A stretch of DNA of 59,795 bases from a virus (lineage: Duplodnaviria > Caudoviricetes). This document shows positions 45,647 through 54,318 of this stretch, piece after piece. Position 1 is the stretch's first letter; each line of letters begins with the position of its first letter. A model generated the notes under the pieces. The model did not search any database. It was not told the origin of the DNA and worked only from the letters and a program-made list of their open reading frames with translations. The stretch is taken from the IMG/VR virus record IMGVR_UViG_3300045135_002103, positions 1 to 59,795 of that record; one strand, given 5' to 3'. The position numbers and the translations under genes were made by a program.

Positions 45647-45895
45647 ATGGCAACATATCCTGTAGTTAATAAAGAAACTGGCGAACAAAAGGAGGTTAAA
45701 CTCAGTGTTCATGAGTGGAATAAATGGTTAGAAGATAACCCTGAATGGCAAAGAGACTGGTCCGATCCATCCACTGCACCTGCAAGTGGTGAGATTGGAG
45801 AAGTTTATGATAAACTGAGAAAGTCTCATCCTGGTTGGAATGATGTTTTGCGTAAAGCATCTAAAGCTCCCGGATCAAGAGTAAAACCTGTTTGA
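45647..45895 (+). CDS. conserved T4-like hypothetical protein
   Basis: MATYP...GWNDVL...PGS; CTAAATA upstream. Confidence 0.7.
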   Translation: MATYPVVNKETGEQKEVKLSVHEWNKWLEDNPEWQRDWSDPSTAPASGEIGEVYDKLRKSHPGWNDVLRKASKAPGSRVKPV

Positions 45896-45904
45896 ATTTG
45901 TTAA

Positions 45905-46654
45905 ATGGCTAGAAAAAAGACTGTAAACCCCGTTCCATTTGGGATGAGTAATAAACAAATGAAACGTAAAAAACCAATCAATCTTGATCTGATGAGGACA
46001 GTTGATCCTCTTACAGATAACCAAGAAACTCTGTTCAACGCCTACAAAAAAGACCAGAATATTGTTGCTTACGGTGCCGCTGGTACTGGTAAAACTTTCA
46101 TTACTCTTTATAATGCTCTTCAAGATGTTCTTGATGAGCGTTCTCCATATGAAAAAATTTATATTGTTAGGTCTTTGGTCGCTACACGCGAAATTGGTTT
46201 TCTTCCTGGAGACCACGAAGATAAGTCCTCTCTTTACCAAATTCCCTATAAGAATATGGTAAAGTATATGTTTGAAATGCCTGATGACTCAGCATTTGAA
46301 ATGTTGTATGGTAACTTGAAAACTCAAGGAACTATTGGTTTTTGGTCTACATCATTCATTCGTGGAACTACACTTGATAATGCTATCATTGTTGTAGATG
46401 AGTTTCAAAACCTTAACTTCCATGAACTTGATAGTATTATTACTCGTGTTGGTGAGAACTCTAAGATCATGTTCTGTGGTGATGCAACTCAGACTGACCT
46501 TGTAAAAACTAATGAGAAGAATGGTATTGTTGACTTCATGCGTATCTTGAACGTCATGCCTTCTATGGAAGTTATTGAATTTGGCGTAGAAGATATTGTA
46601 CGTTCTGGACTGTGTAAAGAATATCTTGTTGCAAAAGCAGAACTAAATCTATGA
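45905..46654 (+). CDS. phoH: PhoH-family ATPase
   Basis: GAAGTGKT, GFLPG, RGTTLD, DEFQN, GDATQ. Confidence 0.95.
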   Translation: MARKKTVNPVPFGMSNKQMKRKKPINLDLMRTVDPLTDNQETLFNAYKKDQNIVAYGAAGTGKTFITLYNALQDVLDERSPYEKIYIVRSLVATREIGFLPGDHEDKSSLYQIPYKNMVKYMFEMPDDSAFEMLYGNLKTQGTIGFWSTSFIRGTTLDNAIIVVDEFQNLNFHELDSIITRVGENSKIMFCGDATQTDLVKTNEKNGIVDFMRILNVMPSMEVIEFGVEDIVRSGLCKEYLVAKAELNL

Positions 46655-47334
46655 CATTTACCCATCATAATTTTTTAGGTGAACTTGAACTGAATAAGAA
46701 AGAAACAAATGGCATCCGCTTGTACAATCTTCCAGATGGGCAGTGGGTGCCTTCTATTACTTCTGTAACTTCTTTCTATAATAGACAGATTTTTATTGAC
46801 TGGCGTAAGCGAGTTGGTATTGAAGAAGCAAATCGAATTACAAAAAAAGCAACTGCCCGTGGAACAGACTTCCACGAAGCAGCACAAGCATACCTTGAGA
46901 ATAAAGAACTAAACTGGGAAAACTTTCTTCCTGCTACTCAGTTTATGTTTCATCATGCCAAACCATATCTAGACAAGATAAATAACATACATGCTATCGA
47001 AAGAACCTTATATTCTGAGTTTCTTGGGTTGGCGGGTAGAGTTGACTGTATTGCGGAGTACGAAGGAGAACTTGCAGTCATTGACTTTAAGACATCTGAA
47101 AAAATTAAACCAGAAAAGTGGTTAGAAAACTACTTTGTTCAAGAGATGTTTTATGCTTCTGCCTATTATGAACTAACTGGTATTCCTGTCAAAAAATTAA
47201 TTACTCTGATGGTTACTCCTGGTGGCGAAGTCAAAGTATTTGACAAACGTAACAAAGGGGACTATATTAAATTACTAGTTAGGTATATTAAAGAATTTGT
47301 ACATCACAATACTAGGTCAGAGAATGGAGAATGA
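46651..47334 (+). CDS. PD-(D/E)xK exonuclease
   Basis: PSITSV, RGTDFH, AGRVDC...IDFKT, Q...Y. Confidence 0.85.
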   Translation: MTFTHHNFLGELELNKKETNGIRLYNLPDGQWVPSITSVTSFYNRQIFIDWRKRVGIEEANRITKKATARGTDFHEAAQAYLENKELNWENFLPATQFMFHHAKPYLDKINNIHAIERTLYSEFLGLAGRVDCIAEYEGELAVIDFKTSEKIKPEKWLENYFVQEMFYASAYYELTGIPVKKLITLMVTPGGEVKVFDKRNKGDYIKLLVRYIKEFVHHNTRSENGE

Positions 47335-47581
47335 ACTAGAAAAGGAACTAGAGAAAAAGTTTTTCTGCCCCTCTAAGTTTGCTCAAGAGATTGAGCAACT
47401 TGTTCATCTTAATACTGAGATGAATTATATTGATGCTATTATTCACTTTTGTGAGCAAAATAGTATTGAATTGGAGTCGGTTCCTAAACTAATATCAAAA
47501 CCATTGAAAGAAAAAATTAAGTATGAAGCGACTGAACTAAACTTTCTGAAGAGAAGTTCTAGAGCGAAACTACCACTTTGA
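47324..47581 (+). CDS. g33: late transcription coactivator gp33
   Basis: YIDAI...E...ISKPLKEKIKYEA..LNFL; position before g59. Confidence 0.85.
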   Translation: MENELEKELEKKFFCPSKFAQEIEQLVHLNTEMNYIDAIIHFCEQNSIELESVPKLISKPLKEKIKYEATELNFLKRSSRAKLPL

Positions 47582-47584
47582 GGA

Positions 47585-48181
47585 ATGATGCCTTTTGATG
47601 CATATAAATGCTACTTGTCATTGAAAAATCATTTTACAAAAGACAAGTATGATTATCACAAATATTGTGGTAAAAGTCGTGCGACTGTCCAGTCTTTCTA
47701 TAAAAGGAAAGATCGTTTCTGGTTTGAAAAACTAGCAAGAAATAAAAATAACAAAGAGGTTGAAGAGTTTTTTATTTCCAACTTCATCACATGCACTGAT
47801 CCAAGTAAACTATGGATTGGTGAAATGATTCGAGAAGGTGAAGTTAGATATACTGAATGGAAAAAGAAAACACAATCTCTTTCTTATGTCTTCAAAGAAG
47901 AAGTGGAAAATATTTTTGGGGAAAGGAAAGTTGATGAAGTTTTTTCGTGCAAAAAAGGGCACCCGCAGATCTTAAAAAGTTATCTAAGTGGTAAAACTTC
48001 TATTGAAACTCTAGTTATTCTTGATAAAATTCTTGGATATAGACAAGAATTTGATAAGAATCTCCAAGACCCTGTGTGGGAAACCGTAAGTATGAGAATG
48101 AAAAAATATTCTCCCTTCCTACATATAGATGTATTTCGTTATAAAAAAGTTCTAAAAAATGTTGTTTTGGGGGAAAAATGA
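47585..48181 (+). CDS. g59: helicase loader gp59
   Basis: YLSLKNHF...YDY..Y, KRKDR.WFEKL. Confidence 0.88.
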   Translation: MMPFDAYKCYLSLKNHFTKDKYDYHKYCGKSRATVQSFYKRKDRFWFEKLARNKNNKEVEEFFISNFITCTDPSKLWIGEMIREGEVRYTEWKKKTQSLSYVFKEEVENIFGERKVDEVFSCKKGHPQILKSYLSGKTSIETLVILDKILGYRQEFDKNLQDPVWETVSMRMKKYSPFLHIDVFRYKKVLKNVVLGEK

Positions 48182-48522
48182 GTTTTTTCAATTCTGATGT
48201 TGTCCGTGCAGAGATGACTGAAATAAGTGAGTTGCAAGAAGATGTTTACAGAAATGTCTTTAAGTTTCCTACTATGACAAAGGAAGAAAAACTTTTTCAT
48301 GTTTCTCTTCTTGAAAGACTTTTGGATAAACAAAAAGTTCTTTATACTCGATTGAGTCTTTCTGATGACCCTGAAGCGCAGGAGATGAAAAAAAGAATTT
48401 CTGACTCTGCTCAAATGATGGGTCTTCCCCCAGACGTAGACATCAGTGTTGTTTTCAAAAACATGACTGATGTCCTTGAAGCAATGCGTAAAAACATTGA
48501 CGAAACAGGTTCTGACCTGTAG
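48178..48522 (+). CDS. conserved cyanophage protein (DUF1825-like)
   Basis: MSFFNSDVVR...RLSLSDDPEA. Confidence 0.7.
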   Translation: MSFFNSDVVRAEMTEISELQEDVYRNVFKFPTMTKEEKLFHVSLLERLLDKQKVLYTRLSLSDDPEAQEMKKRISDSAQMMGLPPDVDISVVFKNMTDVLEAMRKNIDETGSDL

Positions 48523-48571
48523 AATAACGAAGTACACACAAGCCAAATACAAACAAACCGAGGTAATCCAA

Positions 48572-49507
48572 ATGTCCTTTTCTGATCTCAAAAAGCAATC
48601 TTCTATTGGTTCTCTGACTCAAAAGTTGGTCAAGGAAGTTGAAAAGATGAATAACACTGGAGGCGGTGCTGATGAGCGTCTCTGGAAACCTGAAATGGAT
48701 AAGACTGGCAATGGTTATGCAGTCATTCGTTTCCTCCCTGCCCCTGATGGAGAAGAACTCCCTTGGGCAAAGATGTACTCCCATGCCTTCCAAGGTCCTG
48801 GTGGTTGGTACATTGAAAACTCCCTGACCACTATTGGCGGCAAAGACCCTGTGTCTGAATATAACCGCGAACTGTGGAACAGTGGCATTGATGCTGACAA
48901 AGAAACTGTCCGCAAGCAAAAGCGTAAACTGTCTTACTATGCCAACATCTATGTTGTGCAAGATAAGGCAAACCCCCAGAATGAAGGTAAAGTCTTTCTC
49001 TATAAGTTTGGTAAGAAGATCTTCGACAAGATCATGGAAGCAATGCAACCTGAGTTTGAAGATGAGACTCCTATCAACCCCTTCGACTTCTGGCAAGGTG
49101 CTAACTTCAAACTGAAACTGAAGAAGGTTGCAGGTTACTGGAACTATGACTCTTCTGAGTTTGATCGTCCTGGTCCTCTGCTGGATGACGATGATGCACT
49201 GGAAGCACTGTGGAAGAAGCAGTATTCTCTTTCTGCTCTGACTGCTGCAGATCAGTTCAAGTCTTACGAGCAACTTGAAACTCGTCTGAAGATGGTTCTG
49301 GGTAAGAAGTCTGCACCTCCTCGCCTTGATGAAGAGGTGAATGATGAGGACAATGATCGTGGTAACTTCCAACCTGACTGGGCAGCATCACGTCCTGCAC
49401 CTGAACCCACTTCTGACTTCAATGCACCTGACATCACCCCCAAATCCACTGCAAGTGAAGATGAGGATGATGCTCTGAGTTACTTCCAGCGTCTTGCTGA
49501 AGAGTGA
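48572..49507 (+). CDS. g32: single-stranded DNA-binding protein gp32
   Basis: GNGYAVIRFLP, WYIENS, GKKIFDK, NYDSS, acidic tail. Confidence 0.95.
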   Translation: MSFSDLKKQSSIGSLTQKLVKEVEKMNNTGGGADERLWKPEMDKTGNGYAVIRFLPAPDGEELPWAKMYSHAFQGPGGWYIENSLTTIGGKDPVSEYNRELWNSGIDADKETVRKQKRKLSYYANIYVVQDKANPQNEGKVFLYKFGKKIFDKIMEAMQPEFEDETPINPFDFWQGANFKLKLKKVAGYWNYDSSEFDRPGPLLDDDDALEALWKKQYSLSALTAADQFKSYEQLETRLKMVLGKKSAPPRLDEEVNDEDNDRGNFQPDWAASRPAPEPTSDFNAPDITPKSTASEDEDDALSYFQRLAEE

Positions 49508-50176
49508 TTATTGAAATAGTCTAATATTATCTGCACGTTTAAGGGTGGGGCTCACATACTGAGTTCCACCTTTTTTGTATTTCATCATACTCTTTATATC
49601 GTTAAGAACGACATTAATATAATCTGGTTTTAACAAAAAGATATTTCTCTTCGCATCTTGAATTCTATCTTCGTAGACTTTATTGGTGATGGCAGTAGTA
49701 ATATTTGTGGCAGATATTAAAGTGTTTGATGAATAATCATAATGTTCAACTGAATAATTTTGTGTGACAGTTAAACCTTCAGGAACAATGGTAGCACCAC
49801 TACTATTTTCGACTTTAATAGTTTCATAATGATGAACGTTACTCAATGCTTCTTCACTGCCATACTTATCAAGTAAAAACTCATGATAAGAATGCTGTGT
49901 CATTGGCCATTCAGTTTGAATATTAACAATATTATTTGCAATCAGAACTAACCAGTCTAATGTTTCGTCATCGTATCTTTTATATGCAACATTATCTGGT
50001 CTTTCATCTCCCACAATTTGATACTTAGTGAAGAATGTTAGGTTACCAAATATATCTTCACGAAGTTTCCCTCTTTTAAAAAGGTTTTTTACTTCTGAAT
50101 AATCTGATATATTCTTACCATCCTTTGTGGCATTTGGATATTCAAAGTTTGGGACTTGTTGAAAATAACTTGACAT
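49508..50176 (-). CDS. g53: baseplate wedge gp53
   Basis: ERPDNVA..Y....LDWLVL..N...WP, HHYE. Confidence 0.88.
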   Translation of the reverse strand: MSSYFQQVPNFEYPNATKDGKNISDYSEVKNLFKRGKLREDIFGNLTFFTKYQIVGDERPDNVAYKRYDDETLDWLVLIANNIVNIQTEWPMTQHSYHEFLLDKYGSEEALSNVHHYETIKVENSSGATIVPEGLTVTQNYSVEHYDYSSNTLISATNITTAITNKVYEDRIQDAKRNIFLLKPDYINVVLNDIKSMMKYKKGGTQYVSPTLKRADNIRLFQ

Positions 50177-50177
50177 T

Positions 50178-51599
50178 TTAGTAACCTATATGCGACATGG
50201 GAACTTCATCTGTATTATAGTCTTTATTATAAATGGGTTCGATTTCTTGAAACTGTAATGATATTGAGTATGATGTCATTGTTCTCTCTTCATCATTAAA
50301 TGTCATATAACTTCCATCAGGAGTATAGTTCACACTGCAATCTAATAAAGCACACTCTTTAATTTTGTTAATTGATGGGTGTGGATTATTTTCATCAGTT
50401 TGATACTGTATTCTAAAAACATAAGGTTCTTTTAGAAATACATTGGTTTTTGTAGTTCTCACTGACATATTTTGTTTGAAGAATCTTATTATATTTCTAA
50501 CTGCTATTGCTTCACCTTGCTCTCTTGGAGACATTTTAAATGAGAATGAAAATGGTCTCAGTTGAGGACCTTTAAAAAGAAGTTCCATATTTGGATTCAA
50601 TACCGCACCAGAAGTTCTGGAGAGTAAACCTTGAACCCCTGCTGCTTCTTGAGCAAGATAAGTTCTTAGACCTTCTCGTATCTCGTTGTTAGCGGAATTT
50701 GTTAAAAGTTTAAATCCCTCCGTTATAGTACTTCCCGCCATGTTCAACATTTCCTGAACACTGCCTGATTGAGCCAGTCCATAAGATGTTCCTGCAATTT
50801 GAGCTTCAATGGCATTTAATGTCATTCCTGCCCAGTCAACTCTATTGTTGTCTTGTATTACTGGTTGAATTGGAAGCGTGACAGATCCTAGAGAATTTGA
50901 AAATTGTGGTGAACCAATACCTCCAATTTGATTTGCTGTAATTTGTTTTATAGGTCTTGCTATCTTTTCAATTACTGAAAATTTTATTCTATCTTGTTTA
51001 GTACTTTGAATATCTAGTGGATAAAAATACTCTCCGCTATATGCCATTCCAACACCTTCAATCTGAGCGGGATTTATGTCTACAGATTCTCCAACCTCGC
51101 CAGATGCAGCTAGATCTTTAACCCTTGCTTCATCTAATGTCTGTTGGGGTATCTGTGTTCCATTTAATATCGCTGTAGTTCTAGCATTAAGTTCATTTGT
51201 TCCTGGTGTAGTTAAATTGTTATTTTTTGCGCTACGCGTTAATGCATTTTCTACAACTGTTCTTGCGTGTCCATATGTATCTTTTCTTGCCGCCGGATCA
51301 CTAAAATATCTCTCTTCATCAGCATCCGCTCCAGAACCACGATTGAATTTTCCAGATGGCGAGTCATACCATCCAACTATTTTATTTGTGTCTTTTCTGT
51401 ATACCCATACACGACCATCATCGTTGCCTATACCATCGGGTTCGTTAATGAGCAGATAGTAATTTCTTTTTTCATCATAAAGTGTCTTGCCAGATATTAC
51501 TCCGCCTACAATAGTTTTATTTCCTAATTTTGCATTGGGACGAAATACTTCGTTATTGCCATCTTTATCAGGAGCTCCACCACTTCCATATGTAGCCAT
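50178..51599 (-). CDS. g48: baseplate tail-tube cap gp48
   Basis: LNPNMELLFKGPQLRPFSFSF, VNYTPDG, LQFQE. Confidence 0.85.
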   Translation of the reverse strand: MATYGSGGAPDKDGNNEVFRPNAKLGNKTIVGGVISGKTLYDEKRNYYLLINEPDGIGNDDGRVWVYRKDTNKIVGWYDSPSGKFNRGSGADADEERYFSDPAARKDTYGHARTVVENALTRSAKNNNLTTPGTNELNARTTAILNGTQIPQQTLDEARVKDLAASGEVGESVDINPAQIEGVGMAYSGEYFYPLDIQSTKQDRIKFSVIEKIARPIKQITANQIGGIGSPQFSNSLGSVTLPIQPVIQDNNRVDWAGMTLNAIEAQIAGTSYGLAQSGSVQEMLNMAGSTITEGFKLLTNSANNEIREGLRTYLAQEAAGVQGLLSRTSGAVLNPNMELLFKGPQLRPFSFSFKMSPREQGEAIAVRNIIRFFKQNMSVRTTKTNVFLKEPYVFRIQYQTDENNPHPSINKIKECALLDCSVNYTPDGSYMTFNDEERTMTSYSISLQFQEIEPIYNKDYNTDEVPMSHIGY

Positions 51600-51677
51600 C
51601 AGAAATGTCCTCCTACTTTATAGGAGTTGTCCATTTTAACTTTAAGTAGAATAGAGAACATTTATAGACTTTTTTCT

Positions 51678-52058
51678 TTATTTATCAATAAAATTGGCAT
51701 AGTTTAATGAACGAAGATAATCTATTTCATTATTTTCAATGACGTGTAGAAAACCTTCCACCTCTTGCCAAGTATAGTTTTTTACAGAACCCCAATGAAA
51801 GTTTAAACCTTTGAACCCCCAACGTTGAACATCTACACAAGCAATTAATGGAAACTGATCAAATTTAATATCATTTGTCTTTGCAGTGTAAATGAAGGTG
51901 TAATACTTTCCAACATCAGGAATGATTTCAGTTTCACGAAAGACACTGAGGATCTCAAACATTATGTCATCAGAGGCAACTAAACCCTTTACCTTTCTTT
52001 TGAGTTCATTTACTCTAGGTGATGATACTTGAATGTCTTCCCCAAAACCTTTTGCCAT
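51678..52058 (-). CDS. DNA end protector gp2-like
   Basis: YTFIY.AKT...D.FPL...GLNFH; adjacent to g4. Confidence 0.7.
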   Translation of the reverse strand: MAKGFGEDIQVSSPRVNELKRKVKGLVASDDIMFEILSVFRETEIIPDVGKYYTFIYTAKTNDIKFDQFPLIACVDVQRWGFKGLNFHWGSVKNYTWQEVEGFLHVIENNEIDYLRSLNYANFIDK

Positions 52059-52501
52059 TACTTGATACCTAAGTGGTCTTCTGTGATGATCTTAAACTCA
52101 ATAAGTCTATCCTTACACCATTCATCTGCTGCTTTCCACTTTGCTGTATTTACAGCATATGTTTTCACTTCGCTAATATATCTTTTTGTTGCTCTTGCTG
52201 GTTTCTTTGGTTCTTTGGTTTGCTTCTTTGGTTTGACTTCTATAACGTATGTTTTAATATCACCAGTCTGTTCTTTTACCTTAATGATAAAGTCTGGAAA
52301 GTATCTATGTACTCTACCATCAACAGGTGAACGATAAGGAATACAAAACTCTTCTGAACCCCAAAGAATAATATTTTCGTTCATGTCACACCAATGACAA
52401 AACTTGCGTTCCCAACTACTACGGCATATAATATTATTTGGATCGCCTTTATATTTTTTGGGAAATGAGGGTTTGTATTTGCTCTTAATACTTTGTCCCA
52501 T
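52058..52501 (-). CDS. g4: head completion nuclease gp4
   Basis: RSSWE, WGSEE, HRYFPDF, EVKP, N.AKW. Confidence 0.92.
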   Translation of the reverse strand: MGQSIKSKYKPSFPKKYKGDPNNIICRSSWERKFCHWCDMNENIILWGSEEFCIPYRSPVDGRVHRYFPDFIIKVKEQTGDIKTYVIEVKPKKQTKEPKKPARATKRYISEVKTYAVNTAKWKAADEWCKDRLIEFKIITEDHLGIK

Positions 52502-52543
52502 ATCCTGCCTACATAATATATAACGGTCAAAAAGTATTTATAG

Positions 52544-53377
52544 ATGGCAGGACCAACACCTAGAAAAATAGGAGTATCAGAACTTAAAAGTAAGTTGATG
52601 CGTCCAGCAACAACATCTCATTTTTTATGTGAGTTTGCTCCACCAGCAAATGCAGGGTTACAGTCTTTTATAAAAGACAGAAAAATTCTTGCTGGTTTTT
52701 TGGGAGCAGATTATAACGATGCAGAAAACCGAGAACTGATAAGACTATCTTGTTCTAATGCATCATTACCTGGTTCGTCTTTAGCAACTCATGAAATTAA
52801 TAATGATTATACTGGAGTTACTGAAAGACATGTATACAGAAGACAGTATGATCAACGTTCGGAGTTTACTTTTTACGTTGACAATAATTATAGAATAATT
52901 GATTTTTTTGAAAACTGGATGTCATATATTGTTGGTGAAAATGAAATTACTGATCAATCACTGACTCAACAGAATAGAAATTATTCTTATCGCGTCAACT
53001 TCCCTAGAGATTATAAAACCGATAACCTTTATATTACAAAGTTTGAAAAAGATCTTAATGATAATAGTTTGAGTGGTAGAGACCCTAATAGAACATTGAC
53101 ATATCAGTTTATCAATGCATATCCTATTAGTATAAACTCGATGCCTGTTTCATATGATACATCTGAAGTTTTAAAATGTACGGTATCATTTACTTATAGT
53201 CGCTATATTATTATGAAAGAGAATACTGGAACTAGAAAAGTACTCTTACAAAGACCAAATGGACAATCTCCCATTTCCACATATGTTCAAGATGGAAGAC
53301 CTACTTTAGCACAGTTAGCTGAACAACTTGAGGCAGCGGGTGGAAGAAGTTTTGGTCCTAATATTCTTGGACCTTAA
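52544..53377 (+). CDS. tail tube / tube initiator (gp54/gp19-like)
   Basis: ASLPGSSL, TFYVD, FENW, AYPISI, VSFTY. Confidence 0.75.
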   Translation: MAGPTPRKIGVSELKSKLMRPATTSHFLCEFAPPANAGLQSFIKDRKILAGFLGADYNDAENRELIRLSCSNASLPGSSLATHEINNDYTGVTERHVYRRQYDQRSEFTFYVDNNYRIIDFFENWMSYIVGENEITDQSLTQQNRNYSYRVNFPRDYKTDNLYITKFEKDLNDNSLSGRDPNRTLTYQFINAYPISINSMPVSYDTSEVLKCTVSFTYSRYIIMKENTGTRKVLLQRPNGQSPISTYVQDGRPTLAQLAEQLEAAGGRSFGPNILGP

Positions 53378-53419
53378 TAGACTCAATAAATAACCATACT
53401 GAAACTTCTATAGGATATT

Positions 53420-54139
53420 ATGCCTTTACCAAAAATTGCCACACCAACATATGAGTTGGTATTGCCATCTACAGGAAAAAATTTAAAGTATAGACCATTT
53501 CTAGTAAAAGAAGAGAAACTATTAGTTCTTGCGTTAGAAAGTGAAAACACGAAAGAGATTACAACTGCTATCAAGAATGTAATCAAAGCATGTGTTCTTA
53601 CTAGAGGCGTGAAGATTGAAACGCTTCCCACTTTTGATATTGAGTATTTGTTTTTGAATATCAGAGGCAAGTCTGTTGGTGAAGAGATTGAAGTTAATAT
53701 CATTTGTCCCGACGATGGGGAAACATATGTTCCTGTGAAAATTAATATTGATGAAATTGAAGTTCAAAAAAATGACAAACATACAAACAAGATCAAGTTA
53801 GATGCTAAACTTGTGATGGAAATGAAGTATCCATCATTGGAACAGTTCATTAAGTCTAACTTTGATTTCTCTGAAGAAGTTGGAATGGATCAGTCCTTTG
53901 ATATGATTTCAAGTTGTATTGATAAAATTTATAATGAAGAAGAGGTATGGACCGCATCCGATTGTTCTAAGAAAGAACTCATTGATTTCCTAGAGCAAAT
54001 GAATTCTTCACAGTTTAAGGAAATTGAAAAGTTCTTTGAATCAATGCCTAAACTTTCTCATGAAGTAAAAGTTAAAAATCCAAATACCGAAGTGGAAAGC
54101 ACAGTAGTTCTGGAGGGTCTGTCAAGTTTTTTCGCATAG
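53420..54139 (+). CDS. g26: baseplate hub assembly protein gp26
   Basis: MPLPK, YRPFLVKEEK, FDIEYLFLNIRGKSVGE, LEGLSSFF. Confidence 0.9.
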   Translation: MPLPKIATPTYELVLPSTGKNLKYRPFLVKEEKLLVLALESENTKEITTAIKNVIKACVLTRGVKIETLPTFDIEYLFLNIRGKSVGEEIEVNIICPDDGETYVPVKINIDEIEVQKNDKHTNKIKLDAKLVMEMKYPSLEQFIKSNFDFSEEVGMDQSFDMISSCIDKIYNEEEVWTASDCSKKELIDFLEQMNSSQFKEIEKFFESMPKLSHEVKVKNPNTEVESTVVLEGLSSFFA

Positions 54140-54150
54140 GTCTTTCCCAT

Positions 54151-54318
54151 ATGGATCTTGAGTCCTACTACAAGTTAAATTTCTCTTTGATACAGTATCA
54201 TAAATATTCATTAACAGAGATTGAGAACTTAATACCTTGGGAAAGGGACATTTACGTTGAATTGTTAAAGGCACATCTAGAAGAAGAAAAACAGAAGCAA
54301 CAACAAAATGGGACCTGA
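54151..54318 (+). CDS. gp51-like hub assembly protein (possibly a -1 frameshift extension of gp26)
   Basis: YYKLNFSLIQYHKYSLTEIENLIPWERDIY; missing from the ORF track. Confidence 0.8.
   Translation: MDLESYYKLNFSLIQYHKYSLTEIENLIPWERDIYVELLKAHLEEEKQKQQQNGT

Noticed and set aside
46651-47334. Exonuclease as Cas4 of a CRISPR system
   Set aside because: Sits in the standard phoH-exo-g33-g59 core block and lacks the Fe-S cysteine cluster.
48455-49372. 305-aa minus-strand ORF
   Set aside because: Antisense to g32 with no recognisable domain.
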